Shown here piece after piece: positions 9,944 through 20,283 of a stretch of DNA of 64,000 nucleotides. Source of the DNA: Bacilli bacterium. Its GTDB lineage: Bacteria > Bacillota_I > Bacilli_A > RFN20 > CAG-826. The DNA lies in assembly GCA_017447165.1 (NCBI GenBank), contig JAFSOD010000004.1, positions 564,478-628,477 on the forward strand, read 5' to 3'. A program made the translations under genes and the position numbers. Under the pieces are notes generated by a model that saw only the letters and a program-made list of their open reading frames with translations, had not been told where the DNA came from and ran no database searches. How positions within the stretch are numbered: position 1 is the first letter of the stretch; each line of letters opens with the position of its first letter.

Positions 9944-10729
9944 ATGAAAGTAGTAATTTTAGCAGGTGGATATGGCACACGTATCTCTGAAGAAAGTCAA
10001 TTTAAACCAAAACCAATGATTGAAATAGGAGATATGCCTATTTTATGGCATATAATGAAGTCCTACTCTGCGCATGGTTTTAATGAATTTGTTATTTGTG
10101 CTGGATATAAACAAGACTACATTAAAAAATGGTTTAGAGATTATTCTCTTATCACTAGTGATGTTACTTTCGATTTTTCCAAAGCAGATCGTAAGGATAG
10201 AATTATTATTCATGAAAAGCATACTGAACCATGGAAAGTTACAGTTGTGGATACTGGTTTAGGAACCCAAACAGGCGGTAGAGTTAAACGTATCAAAGAT
10301 TACGTCGGCAGTGAACCATTTATGCTCACATATGGTGACGCAGTCGGAGATATCAACATTAGAGATCTTTTAGAATTCCATAAGAAACACGGAAAGATTG
10401 CCACAGTTTCAGTTTATAACTTTGGGCAAAATAAAGGTGTTTTAGAAATTAAAAACGATAAAGTTGAAGCATTTAGAGAAAAATCTGATTTAGATGGCGA
10501 TTTAATTAATATTGGCTTTATGGTCTTTAATCCAGAATTCTTTGATTTAATTGACGGTGACTCCACAGTTCTTGAAAGAGAACCGATGGAAAGACTTATT
10601 AAGCAAAATCAGCTAATGGCCTATACACATAAAGGGTTCTGGCAATGTATGGATACATTAAGAGAAAAAGAAAAGCTAGAAAAACTATGGAATAGTGGCA
10701 ATGCTCCGTGGAAAGTTTGGAAAGAGTAA
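9944..10729 (+). CDS. rfbF: glucose-1-phosphate cytidylyltransferase (CDP-glucose synthase)
   Basis: MKVVILAGGYGTRISEESQFKPKPMIEIGDMPILWHIMKSY...GGRVKRIKDY is the canonical RfbF/DdhA sequence. GGAG lies 6 nt upstream of the ATG at 9944; the track start at 9932 is a TTG. Confidence 0.85.
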   Translation: MKVVILAGGYGTRISEESQFKPKPMIEIGDMPILWHIMKSYSAHGFNEFVICAGYKQDYIKKWFRDYSLITSDVTFDFSKADRKDRIIIHEKHTEPWKVTVVDTGLGTQTGGRVKRIKDYVGSEPFMLTYGDAVGDINIRDLLEFHKKHGKIATVSVYNFGQNKGVLEIKNDKVEAFREKSDLDGDLINIGFMVFNPEFFDLIDGDSTVLEREPMERLIKQNQLMAYTHKGFWQCMDTLREKEKLEKLWNSGNAPWKVWKE

Positions 10730-10732
10730 TGT

Positions 10733-11785
10733 ATGGATTTATCATTTTATAAAGGAAAGACGGTTTTAGTTACCGGACATACGGGTTTTAAAGGGTCTTG
10801 GTTATGTAAGATTCTTTTGATGCATGGTGCAAAAGTTGTTGGTTATGCATTAGAACCAGAAACAAAACCTAATCTCTTTTCTCAACTTAGTTTAGAAAAA
10901 GAAATGGTGTCTATAATTGGTGATATTAGAGATTTAGAAAAATTAAACAAAGCGTTTGATAGATATCAACCTGAAATAGTGCTTCATTTAGCGGCCCAAC
11001 CGATAGTGAGAACATCTTATCAAAAGCCAGTATATACCTATGACGTTAATGTGATGGGCACTGTAAATGTTTGTGAATGTGTCAGAACTCATAGATGTGT
11101 TAAATCATTTTTGAATGTCACAACAGATAAAGTCTATGAAAATGATGATATCCCAGATCATCCGTTTAAAGAAGATGAGAAATTAGATGGATATGATCCT
11201 TATAGCAACTCAAAGAGTTGTAGCGAAATAGTCACCCATTCATATTATAAGAGTTTCTTAAAAGAATTAGGTGTCGCTGTTAGTACCGCTAGAGCGGGTA
11301 ATGTTATTGGTGGAGGAGATTTTTCTAAAGACAGAATTATTCCTGATTCCGCTAGAGCATTAGCAAGTTCAACCGAATTAGTTATTAGAAATCCAAATTC
11401 CACTAGACCATATCAACATGTTTTAGAACCTCTTTTATGTTATTTAATAATTGCCAAAGAACAATATTTTAATCACGATTTGTGTGGTGCTTATAATATT
11501 GGGCCTGATAGTTGTGACTTCTCTACAACTGAGAAGTTAGTTAAGCTATTTGCTAAAAATTGTGGACCTGAATTTAAATACGTTATCAAAAGTGACAACG
11601 GCCCACACGAAGCTGCGTTTTTATCTTTAGATAATAGTAAGATGAAAAAGACATTCAACTGGTCTCCAAGAATTCATATTGAAGACGCTGTTAGATTGTC
11701 TGCTGAATGGTATAATGCTTGGGTCAATAATCAAGATTTAATTAAGTTAACAGAAAAACAAATTAAGGAGTTTTTAAGTGAATAG
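10733..11785 (+). CDS. rfbG: CDP-glucose 4,6-dehydratase
   Basis: FYKGKTVLVTGHTGFKGSWLCKILLMHGAKVVGYAL...YSNSK is the RfbG/DdhB signature. It follows rfbF immediately. Confidence 0.8.
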   Translation: MDLSFYKGKTVLVTGHTGFKGSWLCKILLMHGAKVVGYALEPETKPNLFSQLSLEKEMVSIIGDIRDLEKLNKAFDRYQPEIVLHLAAQPIVRTSYQKPVYTYDVNVMGTVNVCECVRTHRCVKSFLNVTTDKVYENDDIPDHPFKEDEKLDGYDPYSNSKSCSEIVTHSYYKSFLKELGVAVSTARAGNVIGGGDFSKDRIIPDSARALASSTELVIRNPNSTRPYQHVLEPLLCYLIIAKEQYFNHDLCGAYNIGPDSCDFSTTEKLVKLFAKNCGPEFKYVIKSDNGPHEAAFLSLDNSKMKKTFNWSPRIHIEDAVRLSAEWYNAWVNNQDLIKLTEKQIKEFLSE

Positions 11786-12704
11786 AGTATTAGTTACCGG
11801 TGCAGCGGGTTTTGTTGGTTCTGCAGTTGTTAAAGAATTACTAAAACATAGTCTTTTCGTATGTGGATTAGACGTGGTGGACAACCCTAGTAATCGTTTA
11901 CCAAAAAATTCTGAAAATTTCGTTTATATTCAATCAGACATTTTTAATATCTCTTCGTTTAAAGACATTTGCAAAGAACATAATATTGATACTATTTACC
12001 ATTTTGCTTGGGTTGGTAGCGCTGGCCCTCTTAGAGAAGATTATAACTGCCAGGTTAAGAATGCCCTTAATACAGTAGAACTTATGAAAGCGGCCAAAGA
12101 AGCTGGATGTAATAGGTTTATTGTTGCTGGCACAATTATGGAGTTTGAGGAATTGGATGCTGTTTATAAGCAAGAAAGCAAACCTCATGATGCTTATATT
12201 TATGGAGTTGGAAAGCAATTAGCGCATTCCTTATGCAAAATGGTTGCCAACGAAATACATGTCGAATTGATTTGGACTTATGTTACTAATGCCTTTGGTG
12301 TTGGTGAGTTATCACCAAGACTTGTTAATACCACTATTAGAAAGTGTATAAATAAAGAACCATTACAATTTACATCTGGTACACAAAATTACGATTTTGT
12401 GTATATTGATAATGTTGCTAATGCCTTTTATTTAGTTGGTGAAAAAGGCAAGGCTAATAAAGCATATACAATTGGAAGTGGTCATGCTGGTCCTCTTAGA
12501 GGGTTTTTAGAAAAAATTGTATATACTTGTGACAAAGATGCAAAGCCTTTGTTTGGGGATATTCCTTATACAGGAACAAATATGTCTTTAGAAACGTTTG
12601 ATATTTCTGAACTAGTTAATGATTGTGGATTCAAACTTGAAATCTCTTTTGAAGAAGGCATTAGAAGAACATTTGAATGGCTTAAGGAAGTTGAGAAGAA
12701 ATAA
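11778..12704 (+). CDS. NAD(P)-dependent sugar-nucleotide epimerase/reductase of the SDR family (CDP-sugar modifying)
   Basis: N-terminal Rossmann motif VLVTGAAGFVGSAVVKELL. GTG start with an AAGGAG RBS 7 nt upstream. Sits within the CDP-hexose gene set. Confidence 0.7.
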   Translation: MNRVLVTGAAGFVGSAVVKELLKHSLFVCGLDVVDNPSNRLPKNSENFVYIQSDIFNISSFKDICKEHNIDTIYHFAWVGSAGPLREDYNCQVKNALNTVELMKAAKEAGCNRFIVAGTIMEFEELDAVYKQESKPHDAYIYGVGKQLAHSLCKMVANEIHVELIWTYVTNAFGVGELSPRLVNTTIRKCINKEPLQFTSGTQNYDFVYIDNVANAFYLVGEKGKANKAYTIGSGHAGPLRGFLEKIVYTCDKDAKPLFGDIPYTGTNMSLETFDISELVNDCGFKLEISFEEGIRRTFEWLKEVEKK

Positions 12705-12705
12705 T

Positions 12706-13278
12706 ATGGTACAAAAGTTTTCATTTGAAGAATTAGAACTTAAAGGCGCTTATCTTATTAAGCCGTTTTTCGCTGATGATATTAGAGGTGGATTTGTTAA
12801 AGATTATTCAAAAGAATTGTTTTTAGCAAATGGCATTGATTACGAACTAAAAGAAGTGTTTTACACAATATCGCATAAAGGGGTTATTCGCGCTCTTCAT
12901 TTTCAAGAAGTTAATCAGCAACCTAAATTAGTAAGATGTGTATCCGGGAAAGTGTTTGACGTTATTGTTGATCTTAGACCTGATTCACCGACATTTAAAA
13001 AATGGATGGGTTTCTATTTAAGCGGAGATAATATGAATGAATTATTAATTCCTGCTCATTTTGCACATGGATATTTAGTTATTGAAGATTCAATTGTTTC
13101 TTATAAATGCTCCGCTCCATTTGATGGACCGAACGATAGTGGAATTATGTTTAATGATCCAGACATCGCTGTTAAGTGGCCTTTTGAAGAAATTGGTGGA
13201 ATTGATAAATTAATAATTGCGGATAAAGACAAGAATTTGCAATCTTTTAAAGAATATTTTGAAAAGGGATGTAATTGA
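12706..13278 (+). CDS. RmlC-like cupin, sugar-nucleotide 3,5-epimerase family
   Basis: KGAYLIKPFFADDIRGGFVKDY...IRALHFQ...AHGY resembles the dTDP-4-dehydrorhamnose 3,5-epimerase fold. The ATG at 12706 directly follows the stop of the upstream gene and is preferred over the overlapping track start at 12619. Confidence 0.7.
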   Translation: MVQKFSFEELELKGAYLIKPFFADDIRGGFVKDYSKELFLANGIDYELKEVFYTISHKGVIRALHFQEVNQQPKLVRCVSGKVFDVIVDLRPDSPTFKKWMGFYLSGDNMNELLIPAHFAHGYLVIEDSIVSYKCSAPFDGPNDSGIMFNDPDIAVKWPFEEIGGIDKLIIADKDKNLQSFKEYFEKGCN

Positions 13279-14333
13279 TGAAGAAGAAAAAAATATTATT
13301 TATTGCCTCCCTCCCCACAAAGAAATTTAATTTTGATGGCGAAAGAAATAAAAGTCGCGATATTTTAAATGCATTAAAACAAACAGGCAGATATCGTTTT
13401 TCTATAATTGACTTGTCAAAAAACAAAATATTTCAAATGATAAAATTGATTGTTTTACATCTATTCAGAAAATTTGATTATATTTTTGTTTCTAAATGCA
13501 TTGTTGGCGGTTCTTTGGCGCTACATATTATTAACAAAATAAACAAACACGAAAAAAAGTATTTTTATATTGTTGGAAATGGTGATTATGGATTAAAGGA
13601 CAAACATATTTATTACGATGATATTAAAATATGTGATCACATAATTATTGAATCTGAAGAAGTAAAACAATCATTCATCAATCTTTTTGATTTAGATAAG
13701 ATGCACATTTTTCCTTGCTTAAAGCCATATTATGAATTAGATGTTGTCACAAAGGATTACAAACCTAATCAGCCGCTCAAATTGATATATTTTTCTAGGA
13801 TTAATCCAGATAAAGGGCTTGGCGATTTGCTTGAAGTAGTTATTAAAATAAACTCAAAATTTGAAAAGCCTATTTTATATTTAGATGTTTCTGGTGGCGT
13901 TTCGAATGAGCCCGGAATCAAAGAGTTCAACGAAAAAGTCATGAAAATTTGTGAATCTCACTCATATTTAAATTATCTTGGAATGAGCCTGCGAATTAAC
14001 GGAATTGAATCATATAAGCAACTTCAAAATTATGATCTTCATGTTTTTCCTTCAAGGTTTAAACAAGAATGTGCACCTGGGTCTATATTGGATATGTTTT
14101 TAGCGGGCGTTCCTACGTTATCTGCAAAGTTTCCATCTTATAGCGGATTACTAAGTGAAAATGATTCATTTCTTTTTGAACAAAATAATTTGGATGATTT
14201 AGAAGCAAAATTGATTTACGTTTATAATAATTCATATTTATTAAATGAAAAACGCATCAATTCACATTCTGAATATTATAAATATACAGACAAAGCATTT
14301 ATATCCTTTTTAAAGGGGATTAATTTATATTAA
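13278..14333 (+). CDS. glycosyltransferase, GT-B (group 1-like)
   Basis: IYFSRINPDKGLGDLLEVV...FPSRFKQECAPGSILDMFLAGVPTL is a GT4-like C-terminal domain. The ATG overlaps the upstream stop (TGATG). Confidence 0.6.
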   Translation: MKKKKILFIASLPTKKFNFDGERNKSRDILNALKQTGRYRFSIIDLSKNKIFQMIKLIVLHLFRKFDYIFVSKCIVGGSLALHIINKINKHEKKYFYIVGNGDYGLKDKHIYYDDIKICDHIIIESEEVKQSFINLFDLDKMHIFPCLKPYYELDVVTKDYKPNQPLKLIYFSRINPDKGLGDLLEVVIKINSKFEKPILYLDVSGGVSNEPGIKEFNEKVMKICESHSYLNYLGMSLRINGIESYKQLQNYDLHVFPSRFKQECAPGSILDMFLAGVPTLSAKFPSYSGLLSENDSFLFEQNNLDDLEAKLIYVYNNSYLLNEKRINSHSEYYKYTDKAFISFLKGINLY

Positions 14334-14352
14334 TATAGGAGAAAAAAAGATT

Positions 14353-15471
14353 ATGATTAAAGTTGCAAGAGCTTGCGTAAGCAAAGAAGAATTGGATGAA
14401 ATCAAGGAAGCGCTGGACTATGGCTATTTTGGACTAGCTTATAAAGTGAATGAGTTAGAAGAACAAATTGCTAAATATTTAGGCACAGAACGTAATGTTG
14501 TATGCTGTGCTAATGGCACCTCAGCCCTTCACTTAGCTTTAGAAAGCGCTGGTGTTGGTCCTGGAGATGAAGTTATTGTTCCATCGTTCACATTTATTGC
14601 TACAGCTCAAGCAGTATTGATGTGTGGAGCAAAAGTGGTTTTGTGTGAAATTAATAAAGATGATTTCTTAATTGATATTGAGGATGTTAAGAGAAAAATA
14701 ACCAAGAAAACCAAAGCGATTATACCGGTTCATTATTCAGGCAATGTTTGTGACATGGATGCCTTGCTTGAATTGAAGGAAAAATATGGCATAAGAATTA
14801 TTGAAGATGCCGCTCATGCATTTGGATCTTGTTATAAAGGCAAGAAAGTTGGCACTTTTGGAGATATTACATGCTTCTCATTTGATTCTATAAAAGTTAT
14901 GACTTGCGGAGAAGGTGGAGCTGTTGTGACAAACGATTCTGATGTTTGTGAGCTAGCCAAACAAAAAAGATTATTAGGAATTGATCGTAAAACCATGCAT
15001 GTTAAAGATTGGAAAAAAAGATCTTGGATGTATGATGTTGGCACACCTGGATATCGTTATCATATGAGCAATATAAATGCGGCAATTGGTTTAGCACAGA
15101 TTAAAAAAGTTGATAAATTTATAGAAATTAGAAAACACATTTGTGAATTATATTTGGAAGAACTTATCGGAACAAAAAACGTTTCTTTTGAAAAGGCTGA
15201 TTGGAGTGTTGCATCTCCATTTATGTTTCCAATATTAGTTGAAAATGGTAAAAGAGATGGCTTACGTGATTATTTAAAAGAATTCGATGTTGAAACCGGA
15301 ATTTCTTATATCCCGCTTCATAGATTTGATTTGTTCAAGGATGACATTTCTAAATATCCAAGTACTGAAGATGTCTTTTCTAAAATCGTATGTCTTCCTA
15401 TTCATCCAAATTTAACTGATGAAGATATTCGTTTTGTTTGCGCTAAAATTAAGGATTATTTAAATGATTGA
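14353..15471 (+). CDS. DegT/DnrJ/EryC1/StrS-family PLP-dependent sugar aminotransferase
   Basis: CANGTSALHLALESAGVGPGDEVIVPSFTFIATA...FSFDSIKVMTCGEGGAVV. The Schiff-base lysine is retained (SFDSIK). This argues for an aminotransferase rather than an RfbH-type 3-dehydrase, which carries His at that position. Confidence 0.8.
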   Translation: MIKVARACVSKEELDEIKEALDYGYFGLAYKVNELEEQIAKYLGTERNVVCCANGTSALHLALESAGVGPGDEVIVPSFTFIATAQAVLMCGAKVVLCEINKDDFLIDIEDVKRKITKKTKAIIPVHYSGNVCDMDALLELKEKYGIRIIEDAAHAFGSCYKGKKVGTFGDITCFSFDSIKVMTCGEGGAVVTNDSDVCELAKQKRLLGIDRKTMHVKDWKKRSWMYDVGTPGYRYHMSNINAAIGLAQIKKVDKFIEIRKHICELYLEELIGTKNVSFEKADWSVASPFMFPILVENGKRDGLRDYLKEFDVETGISYIPLHRFDLFKDDISKYPSTEDVFSKIVCLPIHPNLTDEDIRFVCAKIKDYLND

Positions 15472-16276
15472 TTATTCAATTATTATTGATTGTCCCGATG
15501 AGTATTTAGACATATTAAATGTATTTTTCATATTTTGTGAAAAGAATTGGCCTACAAGGAAGAGCAAAATTTTTATAACCAGTCAAAATGATGAAATAAA
15601 AGCGCCAAATAATGTGGAGTTTGTTAAATGTGGTAAAGGGCTTAATTCAATACAGCGTACAAAGGAAGCATTAAAATTAATTAAAACAAAATATATATTA
15701 ATTATTGATTGCGATGACATAATTAGCAAAAAAGTTGATGATAAATCAATTGACGATATGTTGATATATGCCGAAAAGAACAAACTATCTTACATTCAGG
15801 TTTGGAGTTTGAAAAATCGTGAGCAAAGAAAATATAAAACAGGATTTAAAGGTCTTTATTATTGTAACAAAAAGGCGCGTTATTCAAGGTCGCTTATGGC
15901 GAATTTTTGGGATGTCGAGGAATTTCTGAATGTTTTTTCTTCTGATACCGATGATGGATGGACTGTTGAAGGAAAGTGGCTCAAAGAAGCACAAACAGAA
16001 ACAATAGGACATTATGATAATTATTGTTATTATGATTTAGATCCTTTTAATATTGTCCATGCTGTAAGTAAAGGAAAATGGATTAGAAAAGCATATAGAT
16101 TTTTTGTTAAGAATAAGATTGAAAAAGACCTTTTAGCTAAAAGAGATAAATTGTCTTTAAAATTAACAATCAAATACAACGTTGGTATGTTTTTTTATAG
16201 ACACATTTCTTCAAAAACTTATTTGCGATTTAAAAAGATTTTCAAAAAATTTGTAAAAACAACGACTGATTATTAA
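15464..16276 (+). CDS. hypothetical protein, possibly a glycosyltransferase (DxD motif)
   Basis: A DCDD motif (YILIIDCDDIISKK) in an N-terminal alpha/beta-like region. No confident family assignment. Confidence 0.35.
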   Translation: MIDYSIIIDCPDEYLDILNVFFIFCEKNWPTRKSKIFITSQNDEIKAPNNVEFVKCGKGLNSIQRTKEALKLIKTKYILIIDCDDIISKKVDDKSIDDMLIYAEKNKLSYIQVWSLKNREQRKYKTGFKGLYYCNKKARYSRSLMANFWDVEEFLNVFSSDTDDGWTVEGKWLKEAQTETIGHYDNYCYYDLDPFNIVHAVSKGKWIRKAYRFFVKNKIEKDLLAKRDKLSLKLTIKYNVGMFFYRHISSKTYLRFKKIFKKFVKTTTDY

Positions 16277-16279
16277 GCT

Positions 16280-17155
16280 ATGAATATTGAGGCAATTTCT
16301 TTTAATGATGACTTAAGCAAGATTTTGGAGTTTGCTAGCCAAACACCTTTTGCTTCATTTTATAAAAATTATCTTTCTAAAAAATGGTTCACTTGCAAAA
16401 GTGATGTTGCGGCATTAGTTATCTTAGAAGAAACTAATATTATTGGCAGCACTTTGTTAATCTTGCATGACGAAGGAAACTTGATGATTGGGAATATTTC
16501 ATGCACATATATTTCTGAAAGATATAGAGGTCAATCCCTTTCTTCAACCTTAATTAATGAGGCAAAGAAGTATTGCGATGTTTTAACTAATTTAACCCCT
16601 GTAGATTCGATAATCAAACAAATAAATAGCAATAGAATTAAGGGTTTCAAGCCTATTAATAATTACCAAGTGTGGTTTAATTGTAAAAAACTTACAAAAA
16701 GATTCATCAAAGAATTCTCAATTGAAAATATAACTGATGGAGCCACATTATTTAAAGATAATATTCAAAACAACATTTCTTTTTATCGCGTTTCAAACAC
16801 TGATAGCTCAATTATTGGGATATATTCGTTTATTCGAAAAGGCATCAAAGTTAGTGAAGTGTGTTATGTGGAAAACACCATTTTTTTCTTTAATAATTAT
16901 GAATCAATCATAAAACTCATTTCTTTAAGTAATGGATGCAAGATAATGCTTGCTGATAATACGTTTTTTGGAAAATCGAATATAGCAAAAAAAGTGAAAA
17001 ACAATAAAAAAAATAATTTTCAGTATTTTATGAAACTTTTGATTCTTTTATTTAAAAAGCGTATTTTTGTTGCTAATAGAAAGTATTTTTGGTTGAGAAA
17101 TTCTATTGATTGGAGCGTCAATTATTTATCAACTGAATTTTGCTTTTATGAATAA
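16280..17155 (+). CDS. hypothetical protein (possible acyltransferase-like fold)
   Basis: Weak GNAT-like segment (ERYRGQSLSSTLINEAKKY). Otherwise unrecognised. Confidence 0.35.
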   Translation: MNIEAISFNDDLSKILEFASQTPFASFYKNYLSKKWFTCKSDVAALVILEETNIIGSTLLILHDEGNLMIGNISCTYISERYRGQSLSSTLINEAKKYCDVLTNLTPVDSIIKQINSNRIKGFKPINNYQVWFNCKKLTKRFIKEFSIENITDGATLFKDNIQNNISFYRVSNTDSSIIGIYSFIRKGIKVSEVCYVENTIFFFNNYESIIKLISLSNGCKIMLADNTFFGKSNIAKKVKNNKKNNFQYFMKLLILLFKKRIFVANRKYFWLRNSIDWSVNYLSTEFCFYE

Positions 17156-17473
17156 TAAAATGCAAAACTAAAATATTAGCTGCTATTAATAATAGTTGCT
17201 GATTTTGGAGTTAATTGTTAGGCATCAGCAAAGAACTTTTGGCAAGCAGAAGAAAACTACCTCTGAAGCTTTCTATCAAATTTCTTTTTCAATGTTCTTG
17301 TTAAACCACATATCATCTAAATCGTTTTTCAGATTAAAAAAATAAGTGGTAGAAAAAAATCTTTTACTACAGACTATTAATCAAACAGTTTTTCGATCGT
17401 TGTTTTCTAGAATTTTCATTGATTTTTTTATTATTAAATACTATGGTATATGACATACTAATGTCATTTTAAA

Positions 17474-19015
17474 ATGGAAAACAATATTAATACTACTGGA
17501 AACAATACTTCTTCATCATTACTAAGAAAAAATATAGTCCTAAACACTATTTTTCGTGTTTTGATGATAATTGCACCTTTTATTACCGCACCTTATGTTT
17601 CTAGGGTTCTTTTAAGTGATGGCGTTGGTATTTATAGTTATACACAAAGTCTTGTTACATATTTTACGATGTTTGCGGCGTTAGGAACTATTTCGTATGG
17701 CACAAGAGAAATTGCTAGAAAAAGAGATAATAGGAGTGATTATTCTAAAACATTCTGGGAAATTGAACTAATATCTATTATTTGTTCTGCTATTGCTTTA
17801 CTTGCGTGGATAATTTTATCAATCAGTTATTTAGAATATCGAACATTTTTGCTTATTTTTTCTTTTAGTATTTTAGCGACTTGTTTTGACATTAGCTGGC
17901 TTTATGCTGGTTTAGAGAAATATAAATATACTGTTGGTGTTAATTTATTATTTAAAATTATCAGTGTCGTACTTATTTTCGTTCTTGTTAAAAAACCAGA
18001 TGATGTTTGGCTGTATATTTTAATTTATTCAGCATCTTTATTTTTAGGGAATGCTTCTATGTGGCTTTTCTTACCAAAAATATTGGTTAAGACCAAAATT
18101 AACAAGCATAGCTTAAAGCATCATTTTAAAGAAACACTTATATATTTTATTCCTGCGGTTGCAACATCTTTATACACAGTTTTGGATAAAACGTTAATTG
18201 GTTCGTTAATTCCCGGTACAACTACAGTTATTGTTGATGGTAAAGAAGTGGTAAAGAAGACCTCAGAAGTTGAAAGCGGCTATTATGAGCAAGCCACAAA
18301 GATTATCGATATTGTTAAAGCTGTTGCATTCGTTAGTATACATAGCGTTATGTCTTCTAGATCTAGTTACTTGTATAAAATTGATGATAAAAAACAGATT
18401 AAAGAATTAATGATTAATACTTTTGACCTTACCTTATTTTTATCAATAGGTGCGGCTTTTGGCTTAATAGGTGTCGCACCATATTTTGTTCCGGTGTTTT
18501 TCGGGGCAGGATATGATAAAACTGTTTTAATTTTGCAGATTTTAGCTTGCCTTGTTCCAATTATTTGTATCAGTGGTGCATTAGGTTCTGTTTATTACAC
18601 TCCGGTTGGAAAAAGGAAGCAATCATCTTTATTTTTGATTATTGGGGCGGTTATTAATTTAGGGCTAAGTGCACCATTGATTATTTATTTCCAATCTGTT
18701 GGTGCTGCGATTGCCTCTGTTATTGCAGAAACAGTAATTGTGGTTTTGTATTTTGCTTTTTGTAAGAAAGCAATAACACTCAAGGAATTTTTGACAGTCA
18801 TTTGGAAAAAGCTTATTGCTGGCGGCTTAATGTTAGGTTCAATATTTCTTTTCATTAATTTTGTAAGCATTCCTAATAAATATCTATTTTTCTTTGTAAT
18901 TTTCGTTCTCGGGTTCTCAATTTACATTTTAGCTCTATTAGCGCTTAGAGATAGATCCATGCAAAAATTTATCTCACTAGTTTTTAAAAGGAGAAAAAAA
19001 GATTATGAGCAGTAA
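17474..19015 (+). CDS. wzx: oligosaccharide/polysaccharide flippase (Wzx, MOP superfamily)
   Basis: 12-TM protein with the typical Wzx N-terminus NIVLNTIFRVLMIIAPFITAPYVSRVLLSDGVGIYSYTQSLVTYF. Confidence 0.8.
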   Translation: MENNINTTGNNTSSSLLRKNIVLNTIFRVLMIIAPFITAPYVSRVLLSDGVGIYSYTQSLVTYFTMFAALGTISYGTREIARKRDNRSDYSKTFWEIELISIICSAIALLAWIILSISYLEYRTFLLIFSFSILATCFDISWLYAGLEKYKYTVGVNLLFKIISVVLIFVLVKKPDDVWLYILIYSASLFLGNASMWLFLPKILVKTKINKHSLKHHFKETLIYFIPAVATSLYTVLDKTLIGSLIPGTTTVIVDGKEVVKKTSEVESGYYEQATKIIDIVKAVAFVSIHSVMSSRSSYLYKIDDKKQIKELMINTFDLTLFLSIGAAFGLIGVAPYFVPVFFGAGYDKTVLILQILACLVPIICISGALGSVYYTPVGKRKQSSLFLIIGAVINLGLSAPLIIYFQSVGAAIASVIAETVIVVLYFAFCKKAITLKEFLTVIWKKLIAGGLMLGSIFLFINFVSIPNKYLFFFVIFVLGFSIYILALLALRDRSMQKFISLVFKRRKKDYEQ

Positions 19016-19859
19016 AAAAATATACAAAGTATATAAAAAAGAAGAGTCGGATAAATTAGTGGGTATTGCAGATTGCCAAAAACGCATTTTATCTATGTTT
19101 GGCAGATTTTGTCAATTTTGTGATGAACATAGTATTTCTGTATTTTTGTTATGGGGTACTTTACTCGGCGCTAAAAGAGGCGGAAAAATCATTCCATGGG
19201 ATGATGATGTTGACTTAGGAGCGTCTAATGATGATTTTAATAAGTTGTTAGAACTCAAGGAACACCTCTCTAAATATAATTTAAAATTAGTTCATTTCTC
19301 AATCAACCCACATATCCATTCTAATGAAATTAGAATTTATGAAGATGGACTTTATGAATTATGTGAATCGAACACAAAAACATATATTAAACCAGTTTAT
19401 ATAGACATATTTCCTTTTTGCAAAGTTTCAAAAAATGACGAAACAGATATAATTGTGAATAAAATTAGAAAATATTCTAGTTTACTTATCGCGAAAGAAA
19501 CCAGGTGGAAATCCACCAGTGTTTTTAAAGCTTTCCTACGCTTTATTTATAGATGCTTGCTATCTGCGGTTTCCTCTTATAGATTACATTTGCGAATCGA
19601 AAAATGCATTACCAGATTATATGATGGATCTAGCGATTATGAAATCACGTTTCCGGATACGTTCCATAATGTTAAGATAAATTATTTCGAGAAAGATTCG
19701 TTCACCGAACTTGAATCAATTATGTTTGAAAATATCAAATGTTTTGTTCCTGCTAAATCTGATTATGTTTTAACAAAAGCATATGGTAATTGGAAGGTGC
19801 CAAAAGATCGTAGCTCTGGCAAAATATTTGAAAAACATTATCTAATAAGAAAACAGTGA
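19005..19859 (+). CDS. licD: LicD-family phosphotransferase (transfers phosphocholine or polyol-phosphate onto glycans)
   Basis: LLWGTLLGAKRGGKIIPWDDDVDLG is the LicD nucleotidyltransferase-fold motif. Adjacent to a CDP-glycerol synthase. Confidence 0.75.
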   Translation: MSSKKIYKVYKKEESDKLVGIADCQKRILSMFGRFCQFCDEHSISVFLLWGTLLGAKRGGKIIPWDDDVDLGASNDDFNKLLELKEHLSKYNLKLVHFSINPHIHSNEIRIYEDGLYELCESNTKTYIKPVYIDIFPFCKVSKNDETDIIVNKIRKYSSLLIAKETRWKSTSVFKAFLRFIYRCLLSAVSSYRLHLRIEKCITRLYDGSSDYEITFPDTFHNVKINYFEKDSFTELESIMFENIKCFVPAKSDYVLTKAYGNWKVPKDRSSGKIFEKHYLIRKQ

Positions 19860-19884
19860 TTATATAATTAAAAAACAGAATTAT

Positions 19885-20283
19885 ATGAAAAAAGTAGTGA
19901 CATTTGGAGTATTTGATTATTTCCACCTTGGACACCTTCGTTTATTTAAAAGATGTAAAGAAAAAGGTGATTATTTGATTGTTGCTATTCACGATGATGA
20001 TCACGTTAAGGTTAATAAGCCAGAGTGCGACCTTTATTACACTCAACAAGAAAGAATGGAAATGATATCTGAAATCAGATGTGTTGATAAAGTTATTTTC
20101 TATGATCAAGTTGATGAAACTATAAAAAGGATTGATTTTGACACTTTAATTGTTGGTCCAGATCAAATTAATCCTCATTTTCAAGCAGCTATAAAATATT
20201 GCAACGAACACAATAAAGAGGTTATAGTTTTGCCAAGGACTCCTAACATAAGTTCTACTGATATAAAGATTTACAAAAAATGA
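19885..20283 (+). CDS. tagD: glycerol-3-phosphate cytidylyltransferase
   Basis: VVTFGVFDYFHLGHLRLFKRCKEKGDYLIVAIHDDD. It has the (H/T)xGH cytidylyltransferase motif and the ~130 aa size typical of TagD. Confidence 0.85.
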   Translation: MKKVVTFGVFDYFHLGHLRLFKRCKEKGDYLIVAIHDDDHVKVNKPECDLYYTQQERMEMISEIRCVDKVIFYDQVDETIKRIDFDTLIVGPDQINPHFQAAIKYCNEHNKEVIVLPRTPNISSTDIKIYKK

